Virus record (IMG/VR): IMGVR_UViG_3300038678_000070
Span: 1 to 56,648 of that record
Direction: 5' to 3' (one strand)
Length of the DNA: 56,648 bases
DNA from: a virus
Taxonomy: Duplodnaviria; Caudoviricetes
Numbering within the stretch: position 1 is the stretch's first letter; each line of letters begins with the position of its first letter. The notes beneath the pieces are model-generated. The model was not told the origin of the DNA and made no database searches. It was given only the letters and a program-made list of their open reading frames with translations. The translations under genes and the position numbers were made by a program. This document shows, in pieces, positions 18,092-28,867 of this stretch.

Positions 18092-20578
18092 TTGCCAAAA
18101 TTAAACCCTTTAAAAACATCTAGTAACGCAGGGGAACTCAGCCCAAGATTAGCGGCACGGGTGGACTTTGTAAAGTTCCCGAACGGCGTTGAAATACTGG
18201 AAAACATGGTGCCATTGTCGGAGGGTGGGGCTATGCGAAGATCAGGTACTAGGTTTATTAAGGAGACAACCGACTCTGCCGTTAAAAGCAGATTAAAGAG
18301 GTTCCAGTTTTCCACAACACAGGCGTATATAGTTGAGATGGGCGAGCAGAAGTTTCGATTCTACAGGAACCAAGCTCAGATTCAGACGAACGATGTGACC
18401 GCATCCATCACTAACAGCACGTTTGAATCGAATATTACTAACTGGACAGATCAGTCTGGTGCCGGTGGGTCTATCGCTCATGATGCGACTAATCGCAGGA
18501 TGACACTGACTTCAGACGGGAACGACGATGCCCATGCTGAACAGCAGGTCACGAACGCTTTGGTCGTGGAACACGTTCTTAGATTTAAAGTCATAGGTGC
18601 TCCGGGAGACAAAATCAAACTCAGGATCGGGACTTCCAGTAAAGGCACACAAATTGTTGATGATTTTGAGGCTGGGGTAGGCTGGCACAGTTATGCCTTC
18701 ACATCTACCGCGGCAGACTTCTATGTTCAATTCCTGCATACTATAGATAAGTTTTTGCAAATTGACGATGTATTCCTATTTGACAATGAGCCGCTGATGC
18801 TGGTCACTCCTTATACGGAGGGGCAACTCTATCAGGTTGACGGACCACAATCCGCCGACGTTCTATATTTATTCCATGCAGATCATCCTGTCTATAAGCT
18901 GGAAAGGCGAGGTCATACCACATGGTCGCTAGTCGAGGTTGCTTGGCAGGATGGTCCTTGGCTTGAGGACAACACGACAACCACGACGATCAATCCTGCC
19001 GCTGACACGGGCAATGAAATTGATTTTGTTGCCTCATCTACCGTTGGCATTAACGGTGGGCTTGGGTTCCAGACTACAGATATAGGGCGATCTATCAGAT
19101 ACACGCAGACCCCAACAAAATGGGGATGGGGTGTCATCACAAGTATTACATCTACCACTACAGCTGTTGTTGATATTAAAAGGGTGGTAGGCTCCACATC
19201 CGGGGCAGAAACAACGTGGGCGTTAGGCGCGTGGTCTTCGACAACCGGGTATCCATCTACAGGGGCTTTCTTTGAGCAAAGGCTGTTCGCCGCTAATACG
19301 GCGGACCAGCCGCAAACTTTCTGGGCCTCCCAAACTTCTGATATTGAGAATCAAGGACCAGATTCAGACCCGACTACAGGGGTTTTCGACGGCACAGTGG
19401 AAGATGACGATGCTATCACCGTCACAATCTCAGCCGATGATGTCAACGCTATCTTCTGGATGAGCGCAGGCGAGGATACCTTGGCTATGGGTACGGCAGG
19501 AGGAGAATGGATACCGTCGGCCACCAACGGCGGGGTACTCAAACCATCAGATATTGCTGTCAGGCGACAGATTACCCGCAAGTCAGCGGACATTGAACCA
19601 CTACGAGTAGACAATATAGTCCTGTTTGTCCAGCGGGGCTTGAGGAAAATCCTTGAATTTGGCTTTACTTTTGAGTCTGATGGGTATCAGGCGTTCGATA
19701 TGACAAGGCTTGCAGAGCATATCACACGTAACGGGACCGTGGAGATGGACTTCGCTGAAGAGCCGGACTCTCTTGTGTGGACAGTCAGATCCGATGGCGT
19801 AATGCCGGTAATGACGTTCCGGCGAAAAGAAGATGTGGTTGCTTGGGCAAGGTATATCCTTGGGGGTTCTTTTGGTTCTGGCGATGCAGTTGCCGAGAGT
19901 GTAGCGGTTATGCCCGGCACAAACGGATCAGGGCAGACACATGATTCTACTGATCGTGATGAGGTTTGGGTGATCGTGAAGCGCACAATCAACAGCGTAA
20001 CCAAGCGGTACGTGGAGATGTTTGAGCAGGACTACGAGGATAATGACGATCAGGAGGATGCGTACTACATTGATTCCTTATTGACCTATGATTCAACTTC
20101 AACTACAAGTATTACAGGGTTGAGCCATCTTGAGGGTGAGACGGTTAGGATATGGGCTGACGGAGCTATCCAGCCGGATAAGACGGTTTCTAGCGGGTCA
20201 ATCACTTTAGATATCGCCGCTTCCGTGGTGCAGGTAGGGCTTGGATATACGCACCAGTACAAGACATTGAGATTTGAGGGTGGCAACCCAGCAGGGACAG
20301 CGTTGAATAAAACGCAGAGAATCGTTGGGGTCGGGTTCATCTTAAAAGATAGCCATACTATTAAGTTCGGCCCTAACGCTGATACCCTAGAGACTCGGGC
20401 TTTCCGGCAGGCGTCTGACCCTATGGACACGGCGACCCCTCTGTTTACCGGGGATGTCTACTATGAGTTTGATGACGGCTGGACAACAGACAGCCGCATT
20501 GTGATTAAAAGCGACGATCCTGCCCCTTTTACGGTGCTGGCTATCGCTCCTGAAATTCAACTGAACGCGGTATCATGA
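18092..20578 (+). CDS. Tail tubular protein B / nozzle (T7 gp12-like)
   Basis: NAGELSPRLAARVD; GYPS...FFEQRL; GLSHLEGETV..ADG; TTG start. Confidence 0.92.
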   Translation: MPKLNPLKTSSNAGELSPRLAARVDFVKFPNGVEILENMVPLSEGGAMRRSGTRFIKETTDSAVKSRLKRFQFSTTQAYIVEMGEQKFRFYRNQAQIQTNDVTASITNSTFESNITNWTDQSGAGGSIAHDATNRRMTLTSDGNDDAHAEQQVTNALVVEHVLRFKVIGAPGDKIKLRIGTSSKGTQIVDDFEAGVGWHSYAFTSTAADFYVQFLHTIDKFLQIDDVFLFDNEPLMLVTPYTEGQLYQVDGPQSADVLYLFHADHPVYKLERRGHTTWSLVEVAWQDGPWLEDNTTTTTINPAADTGNEIDFVASSTVGINGGLGFQTTDIGRSIRYTQTPTKWGWGVITSITSTTTAVVDIKRVVGSTSGAETTWALGAWSSTTGYPSTGAFFEQRLFAANTADQPQTFWASQTSDIENQGPDSDPTTGVFDGTVEDDDAITVTISADDVNAIFWMSAGEDTLAMGTAGGEWIPSATNGGVLKPSDIAVRRQITRKSADIEPLRVDNIVLFVQRGLRKILEFGFTFESDGYQAFDMTRLAEHITRNGTVEMDFAEEPDSLVWTVRSDGVMPVMTFRRKEDVVAWARYILGGSFGSGDAVAESVAVMPGTNGSGQTHDSTDRDEVWVIVKRTINSVTKRYVEMFEQDYEDNDDQEDAYYIDSLLTYDSTSTTSITGLSHLEGETVRIWADGAIQPDKTVSSGSITLDIAASVVQVGLGYTHQYKTLRFEGGNPAGTALNKTQRIVGVGFILKDSHTIKFGPNADTLETRAFRQASDPMDTATPLFTGDVYYEFDDGWTTDSRIVIKSDDPAPFTVLAIAPEIQLNAVS

Positions 20579-21009
20579 GACATGACGACTGGGTAGAGAG
20601 ACTAGATGCTTATATTATCCAAGAATCGACACGCCCCTTCAAATGGGGGGGTGCGGACTGCGGGACATTCATCGCCGGGGCTATCAAAGTGATGAATGGG
20701 GTAGATATAACGCATTGGCGTGATCGCTACCATAGCAAGTTTGGGGCATGGCGGCTCGTGTCCGCCATGTCATGCAAGACATTTGGAGAGTTAGAAGCGA
20801 AGATTGTAGATGGAGTGGCACAGCGTATGCCCCTCTGCTCACAGCCGACCTACGGGAACATTGTTTTGGCAGATGCAAAAAAAACAGACCCCAATGATCT
20901 CGGTTTGACGCTTGGGTTGATTTCCAGGGCAGGGCAGTTCATCGCACCGGGGGATGCCGGTCTAATGATAACCTCCGAATTTAAACCGGAAATATTATGG
21001 AATGTGTGA
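20575..21009 (+). CDS. NlpC/P60-like (DUF6950-like) protein
   Basis: DWVERLDAYI...RPFKWGGADC..F. Confidence 0.65.
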   Translation: MRHDDWVERLDAYIIQESTRPFKWGGADCGTFIAGAIKVMNGVDITHWRDRYHSKFGAWRLVSAMSCKTFGELEAKIVDGVAQRMPLCSQPTYGNIVLADAKKTDPNDLGLTLGLISRAGQFIAPGDAGLMITSEFKPEILWNV

Positions 21010-21571
21010 ATGGAGCGACGTCATGATTGACGAGCGTATGCTGGATCAGGCTTGCGGGGTAAGCTCCGAGATCCCGCGACTACTAAAACACGCTAATTGC
21101 ATCAGCTTGGCGGCTGGGGCTTTGATTATGGGGGGTATTGGGACCGCTGTCAGCTTCCTTGGCTCTCTGCGACAAGGGGAGGCGGCTCAGAACCAAGCTG
21201 ATTTTCAAGCTGACGTTGCCGGTCAACAGGCGCAACGAGAGACAGAGAACGCTAAGATCAAGGCTTCTGATTTCGCAAGGCAGGCTTCACGAGCGCAGGC
21301 GACTAACCGTGCTGAGGCAGGGGCACTCGGAAAGGCATTCAGCGGTAGTGCTGTCGATGTTTCCGAAGACCTTGAGATAGAAAAGGAATTAAACATCCAA
21401 AAGCTCTTGAACCAAGGGGAAGTCAGTTCTACCCGGCTCCTGCAAAGTGCTGAGTTAACGAGGTCGGCTGGGCGTAGCGCCAAGTCCGCCTCGCAGATCA
21501 AAGCCGGGTCTACTTTGATATCAGGGGCGAGTTCTTTCTTAGTTGGCGGTCGCAAGGCCGGATTATTCTAA
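21002..21571 (+). CDS. Internal virion (ejection) protein, gp14-like
   Basis: Hydrophobic Gly/Ala segment, Ala/Gln-rich helix, position after nozzle. Confidence 0.7.
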   Translation: MCEWSDVMIDERMLDQACGVSSEIPRLLKHANCISLAAGALIMGGIGTAVSFLGSLRQGEAAQNQADFQADVAGQQAQRETENAKIKASDFARQASRAQATNRAEAGALGKAFSGSAVDVSEDLEIEKELNIQKLLNQGEVSSTRLLQSAELTRSAGRSAKSASQIKAGSTLISGASSFLVGGRKAGLF

Positions 21572-21590
21572 TTTAAATTATAGGTAAGCT

Positions 21591-24206
21591 ATGGCAACTC
21601 TCCCTAAGCGAGGAACATCAAGAAGCGCAAGACGCAGAAATTCACAGCAGACTACTGGCGGTGACATCACCCGAGTTGCACCTGTATCTGACCCTGGGAT
21701 TAACGCTCCAGCAGGCGCTTTTGGTGGGCTGGAAGGGCGAGCTCTTGAGAGTGCTGGGGCTAATGTGTCAAACACGTTCACTCAAATTGGCGCGCAACTT
21801 GGCAGGGAGGATGCTTTAGCTAAGGAACGTGCGGCTAAACTAGAAGATGACACCAGAAAAGCTAACGCCAGCGTCAAGCGGTCAGTTGCCATCAAGAATT
21901 ACGAGGATAATTTACACGAAACGATGAATACTTTCCGGCAGAATAGCTCTCTGACGGACCTAGATGAGCTTGCTGAGTTTGGGAAAGCGCTGGATAGCCA
22001 GATACAACTGACAGTGAACGAGCATCTTGATGTCACTGGCGATGAGGATAGCTCCGCCAAACTATTCCAGTCTCTTAGTAATCTTCGACGATCCGCCACA
22101 GCCGGACTGTCAAAAGAATCAAAAATTGAGATTGACAACATCCAACAAGACCAGAGAAACAAAGAGAAGGATGAGTTGCGTGTCCAAACAAGGTCTAACC
22201 CTATTAATTTCCGTGACGCCCTAGAGCAAGGGGAAAAAATAGTCGACAGAAATGTTGATGACCTCACCCCAGATCAGGAGCGTGCCGAGCGTATGGAGAT
22301 TAGAAACTTTGTAACGCTTGATACAATTGACGGGTTGATAGATTCAGGGAAGCTAGCGGATGCTCGGAGAATGCTAGAAGACGCGCACATCCAGAGAAAC
22401 ATCACCGATCAGTCTGACATCCGCAGGCTAGAAACTGAGATCACCACATTGCAGAACGAGCCTTTAGTTGAAGTAGAGGGTCCAGATGGCAATCCAATCC
22501 TTCTGCCGCGAAGTCTTGCCGCAGGGAAGAACGTAATCCCTAAGGAAACCAAAGCAGAGGAGCTTGCGAACAGTGCCGCCATAGGTGTCGCATTATTCAA
22601 GCAGTTTGAAGGCGACCCTGAGGCACAGGAGATGGTGCGGTCTGTGTTCGGGAACCGTGGCATCCAGATCAATACAGCCGGGAAAAGTGAAACCGCTTTC
22701 CAGGCGGCGCAAGGCGGAAACGACGCTGACAGGCTTCGATTGATGCAAGAAGATTCTTTAAGCTCCACAAAAGTCCTAAACTCTGTCAAGCAGATTAAAG
22801 CCGCGCTTGATTCTGGAGCTTTTAAGACGGGTACTTTAGGCGGTGCGCGTCAGGTAATTGCCCGTTTTGGGAATACCTTTGGGGTTGATCTGAATATTGA
22901 AGGTTTGACTGGCGCTGAAGCGGCAGATGCTCTGGAGAACGGAATTAACACAATAGCTCAGGAGTTTTTAGCGCAAATTAAGAAAGGTCGTTCCGGGCAA
23001 CCGCTCATTAATCTCATTCAGTCACGCTTACCTCAGTTGTTTAGGACTGAAGAGGGTAATAAAATTGTCGCTGATATTCTTGAAGGGCAGTCTCTCCGTG
23101 TTATCGAGATGGCGCAGATGGCGGATGATTTTGTTGCTGAGAACGGTGAGCTTTCTCCTCCCGGTAAGAACTCATTTTTCTCTGAATTCCAGAAGTTTGA
23201 GGAGAAGAACCCGGTGTTTTCTAAAGAGCTTGAGCAGAGGATTCGTGGGCTAGGCACAAAGAAGCCAAGAAAAATCAAAGAACTTCTGAACGAGACTCGC
23301 AAGAAAGTTTCAAAGATGACAGCTGAGGATATACCGTCCATGAGTCAGGAGGAGGCGCAGGTATTTCTTGATAAAACAGGCAAGGAAACGATCAAAGCGA
23401 CATTTACCTCTGAGCAGAAGCAGGCGTTGATTGACGCAATAGAAGGGAATACGCCGAAGCAGGCTGATGATTTCTCTGGATCATCCGTCAGCCAAGGGGC
23501 TGAGTTCTCATTTGAAGGCGTGGATGACGGTAAAAAAAAAATCCAAAATAGCGAAGAGAAAGAAGACTCAATAGTCCAAAAGGGAGTGACGCTAGATGAG
23601 ATTGGCAATGGCGCTGATGATGGTCTTAGTAGCTCTGGGGGAGTTGGTAGCGGTCGCATAGCTGAACAGGTCGCCACACCTGAAGGGGCCGCTAAATTTG
23701 GGGCTGTAAACTATAACGCCGCCGGAAAGCAAGAACAAGCAACATGGAACAAAAACGCCCAGCTCGGAATATCCCAAGAGAAAGCAGGTAAGCTTAATAA
23801 GCAAGAGCGGATTAATGTTACGCGCATGAAGTCTGTCTTGAATAAGGCTAAATCTGCTATTAAAGATGACCTGCAGTTTCTTGGATTGTCTCACGACAAG
23901 TTCCTGCAATTGATGGTTGGTGTTTACGCGGCAGAAACCCGCTTCGGGACGTCAAAAAGCAAAGTGTCTAAGACCGGAGTAGTAGGAGAACTTCAGATAA
24001 CCAGAGAAACCTTTCGAGATGCCATCAAACCACGCGGAGTGTTTGGGCCAAAGATGGCTAAAGCTTCAGGGTTTTCTATTGAAAAACTGAGAGCTATGAA
24101 AGACAGGGAGTTAAGGAAGTTGCTAGGTAGCAACAACGACTTTAACTACCTTGCGGGTGCCGCAGTTATGGTAGGGAAAATGATCAATAAACAGCAAGGC
24201 AAATAA
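21591..24206 (+). CDS. Internal virion (ejection) protein with possible C-terminal lytic transglycosylase-like domain
   Basis: Helical 871 aa; AAETRFG...SKTGVVGELQIT...N..AGA resembles SLT motifs. Confidence 0.65.
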   Translation: MATLPKRGTSRSARRRNSQQTTGGDITRVAPVSDPGINAPAGAFGGLEGRALESAGANVSNTFTQIGAQLGREDALAKERAAKLEDDTRKANASVKRSVAIKNYEDNLHETMNTFRQNSSLTDLDELAEFGKALDSQIQLTVNEHLDVTGDEDSSAKLFQSLSNLRRSATAGLSKESKIEIDNIQQDQRNKEKDELRVQTRSNPINFRDALEQGEKIVDRNVDDLTPDQERAERMEIRNFVTLDTIDGLIDSGKLADARRMLEDAHIQRNITDQSDIRRLETEITTLQNEPLVEVEGPDGNPILLPRSLAAGKNVIPKETKAEELANSAAIGVALFKQFEGDPEAQEMVRSVFGNRGIQINTAGKSETAFQAAQGGNDADRLRLMQEDSLSSTKVLNSVKQIKAALDSGAFKTGTLGGARQVIARFGNTFGVDLNIEGLTGAEAADALENGINTIAQEFLAQIKKGRSGQPLINLIQSRLPQLFRTEEGNKIVADILEGQSLRVIEMAQMADDFVAENGELSPPGKNSFFSEFQKFEEKNPVFSKELEQRIRGLGTKKPRKIKELLNETRKKVSKMTAEDIPSMSQEEAQVFLDKTGKETIKATFTSEQKQALIDAIEGNTPKQADDFSGSSVSQGAEFSFEGVDDGKKKIQNSEEKEDSIVQKGVTLDEIGNGADDGLSSSGGVGSGRIAEQVATPEGAAKFGAVNYNAAGKQEQATWNKNAQLGISQEKAGKLNKQERINVTRMKSVLNKAKSAIKDDLQFLGLSHDKFLQLMVGVYAAETRFGTSKSKVSKTGVVGELQITRETFRDAIKPRGVFGPKMAKASGFSIEKLRAMKDRELRKLLGSNNDFNYLAGAAVMVGKMINKQQGK

Positions 24207-26611
24207 TGGTTGAAAATACCGTACTCCCAGATCACACAAGCAAGGCTAAGTCCGAGCGCGTCCCTATACCTGAAAAGGAAGAGACTATATCAGACCAGCC
24301 GTTCTCCGTTTCAGAAGGCAAGGCTGATAATCTCGAGCGATCTGACGGCGAGAAAAAGTTCCTTGATTTTGTTGAAGGGATTCCTAGCTCTATAGCGGAG
24401 TCCGGGAAACAGGCTATTTCAGATTTGCGCGGTTTGTTTGCGGGTCCGCAACCTGAAGTTGCTGAAGTCAAGCCATTGTCAGATGAAGACTTGGACTCGA
24501 AAATCAATTCGCTCTTTGATGAGGATGCGTTCGGCGGAGATGACATGGACGCACGCCTTGAGGCATTGAGGACAGGCGAGCCTTTTGCTGAGAGAACTGT
24601 CGGGACGAAGATACTAGACCGTATTACAGGAGAAGATGTTGACGACCCAATGCCTTTTATCAGGATGGGGTCCACGATCACCAGTCAGCTCGGCGGGGCC
24701 GCCGCTGGCGCTAGATTTGGCGCTAGATTAGGGGCAAGGCTTCCTGTGGTTGGCCCGATTATTGGCACGGGTGTTGGCGCAGTTGCCGGAGCAATCGCGG
24801 GCACAGTAGTGGGCACAGCCTTGCCGGAAGGGGTGCTTGAGATGGGCGAATTCTTTAATGTAATCGACCCTGAAGGCCCGTTGGCGAGAGAGATCGCAGG
24901 ATTGTCTCCTCAAGATCTAAGGATAGTTCTTGAAGGAGAAATTCTCCTTGAGTTTGCCACAGCAGGAGGCTTGACGTTAGCACGAGCCGCAACCAAAGGA
25001 GCTACGAAGATATTTGTTGGTGCGGGTGGAGAGGAGATGGCTCTTGCCAAGCGCGCTAAAGCTAGAGGGATTGACTTGATCCCGGTCCAGCTAGGGACTC
25101 GGCTCATTCCTAGAGCATTCGTTGTCATTATGGGGAAGTTCCCATTGATCGCTGGGCCACTCAGAAAAGGTGCGGCGGCAGGAGAGAAGCAGATTGAGAA
25201 ATCTATCAAAGGATTATCCGCGAGGCTAGCTCCGTTCCAGAGGACAGCAGATGAGCTAGGGATTAGCATGTTCCGTGAGGCTAAAGGGCTGGCAAAGGCT
25301 ATCAGTAAAGACTTTAGTAGGAGATACGATGAGGTTTATAAACTAGCGGCAAAACATAACGTGAGAGTTGTCCCTGCAAACTTGAATCGTGTTGCGGCTC
25401 AAACCGCAAACCGATTGAAAAATAAAAGAACCAGGATAGTAGACCCGAAAACAGGAAAGGTCAAGCTGGGGCCATTAAGCCCTGTCAGACAGAAAGTGTC
25501 TGATTTCATCACCGCGAACTTTAAAGGATTGAAAAGAACCCCACAGACACTTGAACAGATGGACGAGTTGGTATCAAGTATTGACGAATTTATAGCCACC
25601 CTTGAGCCATCGCAAAAGAAATTCGCTATCAAATTAATGACTGGCCTGCGAACCGCTGCGCAAAGAGACATGGTGACAAATGCTCGCGGCGTCAATGCGG
25701 CTGAAATAGCCCAAAGGCTTAGGAACATAGATAAAGATTTTTCATTCATGCTGACTGATGTGATGGAAACTTCCATTGCCAAGCAGTTCGGATCATTCAG
25801 TAAGAAGGGACTACGTGGGGTCGTTTCCGATGAGGTAACACGTCTTCCAGTCGATACATTGACTAAGATCGTGAAACTTGAAAGCCCAGAGGCTATGGCT
25901 GATCTGTCGAAGCTACTGACCCCAAAACTATACAGAGAACTCACATCTCAGGTTCTAGACAATGCCGTTGTCGGATCAATGGATGACATCGCACAGGTCG
26001 GCAAGCGGTTTGATGTGCAGAAGTTTAAAAGAACTCTTGGCCTGGACAATGTAAAGTCCAGCAAATACCAGACATTAAAAACAATGCTAGAGAAGACCGG
26101 CGGCGTAACGATAAGGGAGCTAGAGGACATTGCTGACGCGGCAAAAGTGATTGAAGGTTTCCCGATTGAATCAGCATCCACTTTTGTCATGCGCCGAGCA
26201 GTCCTTGGCGGGACTAGCGCATTTATCGGAGCTTTGTTGCCAGGGATAACCGCTGGAACGGCGGCTGGCGGTGTTATAGCAGGATTTGGATTACAATCTC
26301 TTGTTATGGTCACTATGTTTTTAGGTGGAAGTAGAATGTTGGCGAATGCTATCGCAAACCCGAACACTGTACAGGCGCTAAGGCAGGTTATGGCGGCTGA
26401 GACAACGGACGTAATCAGACGTCAGGCGTACATTAAGATCGCAAGATTTGCGGTCGAGGGCGCTACTGGCGACCCGGGTGTTCTTCTTGAAAACCTCGGG
26501 GAAGGATTCTCTGAGCGTGATAGGCGTGAATTTAAGGACGGGATGGATGAATCGTGGGGCATAATACTCGATTCCCTTGATAACATAGGAACCGATGAGG
26601 AAGACCAATGA
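24206..26611 (+). CDS. Internal virion (ejection) protein
   Basis: Gly/Ala hydrophobic hairpins (GAAAGARFG...GAVAGAIAG), basic helical core. Confidence 0.7.
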   Translation: MVENTVLPDHTSKAKSERVPIPEKEETISDQPFSVSEGKADNLERSDGEKKFLDFVEGIPSSIAESGKQAISDLRGLFAGPQPEVAEVKPLSDEDLDSKINSLFDEDAFGGDDMDARLEALRTGEPFAERTVGTKILDRITGEDVDDPMPFIRMGSTITSQLGGAAAGARFGARLGARLPVVGPIIGTGVGAVAGAIAGTVVGTALPEGVLEMGEFFNVIDPEGPLAREIAGLSPQDLRIVLEGEILLEFATAGGLTLARAATKGATKIFVGAGGEEMALAKRAKARGIDLIPVQLGTRLIPRAFVVIMGKFPLIAGPLRKGAAAGEKQIEKSIKGLSARLAPFQRTADELGISMFREAKGLAKAISKDFSRRYDEVYKLAAKHNVRVVPANLNRVAAQTANRLKNKRTRIVDPKTGKVKLGPLSPVRQKVSDFITANFKGLKRTPQTLEQMDELVSSIDEFIATLEPSQKKFAIKLMTGLRTAAQRDMVTNARGVNAAEIAQRLRNIDKDFSFMLTDVMETSIAKQFGSFSKKGLRGVVSDEVTRLPVDTLTKIVKLESPEAMADLSKLLTPKLYRELTSQVLDNAVVGSMDDIAQVGKRFDVQKFKRTLGLDNVKSSKYQTLKTMLEKTGGVTIRELEDIADAAKVIEGFPIESASTFVMRRAVLGGTSAFIGALLPGITAGTAAGGVIAGFGLQSLVMVTMFLGGSRMLANAIANPNTVQALRQVMAAETTDVIRRQAYIKIARFAVEGATGDPGVLLENLGEGFSERDRREFKDGMDESWGIILDSLDNIGTDEEDQ

Positions 26612-28032
26612 CGCTCACTAGCTCAGTAAACAAACTTTCATACGACGGCGATGATGCTACCGCGTCCTTCCCTATTACATTCATATTCTGGGATGAGACA
26701 GATATTAAGGCCATCCTGCGTGACTCCGCTGGCGTTGAGACGACCTGGGTGAACGGGACTCAGTACAACTTGAGTGGTGGTAACGGCACGACAGGGACGC
26801 TGACTGTTGACACTTCCCCGACTGACTACACCCCGGCTACAGGCGAAACTCTGATTATTAAAAGCATCCGCTCTGACACTCAGGACGTAGACTTAATAAC
26901 TGGCGATGCCTTCCCCTCTGTCAGCGTAGAGGAAGGGATGGATAAAATAGTGCGCTTGGTTCAACAGCGCGGGGAAGAGGTAGACAGGTCGTTAAAATTA
27001 GGAGAGTCTACACCTACTGACGGAACGTCTTTGACGGTGCCGGAGCCGTCAGCAGATAAGCTGATCGGCTGGAACAGCGCCGGGGATGACCTTGCTAATA
27101 TAGAGGTTGGAGATGTGACAGCGTTCGGGGATATCTTGTTCACCAGCAAGGCTACTGGTGACATGATCCGATTCGACGGCACAAACTGGGTCAACCGTAC
27201 TGCCGCCGAAACTGTATCAGACTTGAGCGTACCGTCTTTGACGGTCGCTAACACCTTCACGAAGACACAGACATTTACCAAGGGCTCCGATGTATCTAGT
27301 GCTAACCCGCTGGTCTTAGGAGACGGCAATCAATTCGACGTCACTGGCACGACTGGTTTCGCGTCCATAACGACTAAGGCAGCGGGAACGACTGTGGTAT
27401 TGCATTTTGACGCCGCTGTTATTATGACTCACAGCGCGGCAGACTTGGTATTGCCTGGGGCCGGTAATGTGACCACGGCGGCAGGCGATGAGTTCATCTT
27501 CCATGAATATGCTACTGGGGATTGGCGTTGTGTAGGGTACGCCCTGGCGACGGGTAAAGCCATCGTTGAAACAGCTTCTACGCCTGAAGTGGTCCAAATG
27601 GTCAACACCCAGGACGGGGCAGTAGCAACAGGGACAACTTCCATCCCGGTTGACGATACCATCCCGCAGAACACTGAGGGGGACGAGTACATGACGCTTG
27701 CGATCACGCCAACTAGCGCGACCAACAAGCTAAAGATTGAGGTTGTCCTTTTCTATGCTCATACGGTTGTAGATAACTTTACCGCGGCGCTCTTCCAAGA
27801 TTCCACCGCCGGGGCTTTAGCCGCTGGCGGAACAAACCCGAAGACAATTAACGTACTCAACACAATTGTATTCACACACTGGATGACATCCGGCACCACA
27901 TCCGCTACTACTTTTAAGGTCAGGGCAGGGGGCAACACAGGGGCGACTACCACAATCAACGGGCAAGCTGGTGCTAGAAGGTACGGTGGAGTCTCGGCTA
28001 GCTCTATTACTATTTCAGAAATTACAAATTAA
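26608..28032 (+). CDS. Tail fibre protein
   Basis: gp17-like N-terminal adaptor (YDGD...SFPITF...MDKIVRLVQQ) then beta-rich domains. Confidence 0.85.
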   Translation: MTLTSSVNKLSYDGDDATASFPITFIFWDETDIKAILRDSAGVETTWVNGTQYNLSGGNGTTGTLTVDTSPTDYTPATGETLIIKSIRSDTQDVDLITGDAFPSVSVEEGMDKIVRLVQQRGEEVDRSLKLGESTPTDGTSLTVPEPSADKLIGWNSAGDDLANIEVGDVTAFGDILFTSKATGDMIRFDGTNWVNRTAAETVSDLSVPSLTVANTFTKTQTFTKGSDVSSANPLVLGDGNQFDVTGTTGFASITTKAAGTTVVLHFDAAVIMTHSAADLVLPGAGNVTTAAGDEFIFHEYATGDWRCVGYALATGKAIVETASTPEVVQMVNTQDGAVATGTTSIPVDDTIPQNTEGDEYMTLAITPTSATNKLKIEVVLFYAHTVVDNFTAALFQDSTAGALAAGGTNPKTINVLNTIVFTHWMTSGTTSATTFKVRAGGNTGATTTINGQAGARRYGGVSASSITISEITN

Positions 28033-28109
28033 TGTAGTATTTGTTCGGAGGCAATCGGAATAGGAGTCGGTTGTATTATTGTAGGTGTACTTGATCGGAG
28101 AATTGCCTC

Positions 28110-28376
28110 ATGGGAGACGAAGTGGACAAAGCAGACTTTCACGAATTCAAAGATGATATGAAAGAGTTCATAACGGAACGGTTTGACTCGCACGAAGAGA
28201 AAGAACTGCTCATGATAAAGCCCTTGATTGACAAGGTTCAGGAGCATGATAAGATCTTACGTGGACGGTCAGGCCGAGGAGGGCTGGTCAAGGACGTGAA
28301 TATGTTCCAATGGGTAGCCAGTGGCGGTCTGTTAACCGCCGCTAGCAAGTGGATCTCTGACTTCTTTAGCCGGTAG
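28110..28376 (+). CDS. Hypothetical protein with C-terminal hydrophobic helix
   Basis: GGAG RBS; last gene of the + block. Confidence 0.6.
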   Translation: MGDEVDKADFHEFKDDMKEFITERFDSHEEKELLMIKPLIDKVQEHDKILRGRSGRGGLVKDVNMFQWVASGGLLTAASKWISDFFSR

Positions 28377-28462
28377 CTGTCCGTGCTAGCTAATGCATAC
28401 ATCCGTTGATTAATAAACCCCAAAATATGCACCAGCCCGCCACTGTGATTGCTTCTGCTAGC

Positions 28463-28819
28463 TCAGTCATCGCATTTAATCCTTGAGAAGTCATTCTGAT
28501 TCGGCACACAGAAAGCCCCAAACTTCTCTTCAGGTTTCTTGAATGGTTCCTTTGGTATGACATACCCATAATCAAACTGGATCTTATACCTCGGGTCAAA
28601 CGGATGAGCGCAGGTAAAAGGTTCGTTCTCAATGAACCGAACCACAGGATACCTTTCCACGACTACAACGCCATCGACTATAAAGGTTATCACCAGCTCC
28701 CTTGTCGGGGTCAGCTTGGCTGACTGTACCTGATCGTAAGCCTCTGATTCTGCTATAAATAAAACCAGTACAAGCATTGCCGTAAACAACAACGCGACGA
28801 TAACATCTAATCTCTTCAT
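28463..28819 (-). CDS. Exported/membrane-anchored hypothetical protein
   Basis: N-terminal hydrophobic signal; CAHPFDPRY motif; GGAGGAG RBS. Confidence 0.65.
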   Translation of the reverse strand: MKRLDVIVALLFTAMLVLVLFIAESEAYDQVQSAKLTPTRELVITFIVDGVVVVERYPVVRFIENEPFTCAHPFDPRYKIQFDYGYVIPKEPFKKPEEKFGAFCVPNQNDFSRIKCDD

Positions 28820-28867
28820 TGTCTCCTCCCGGTGAAGTGAAAACCGTCTCTAATCCTAACAAACAAG

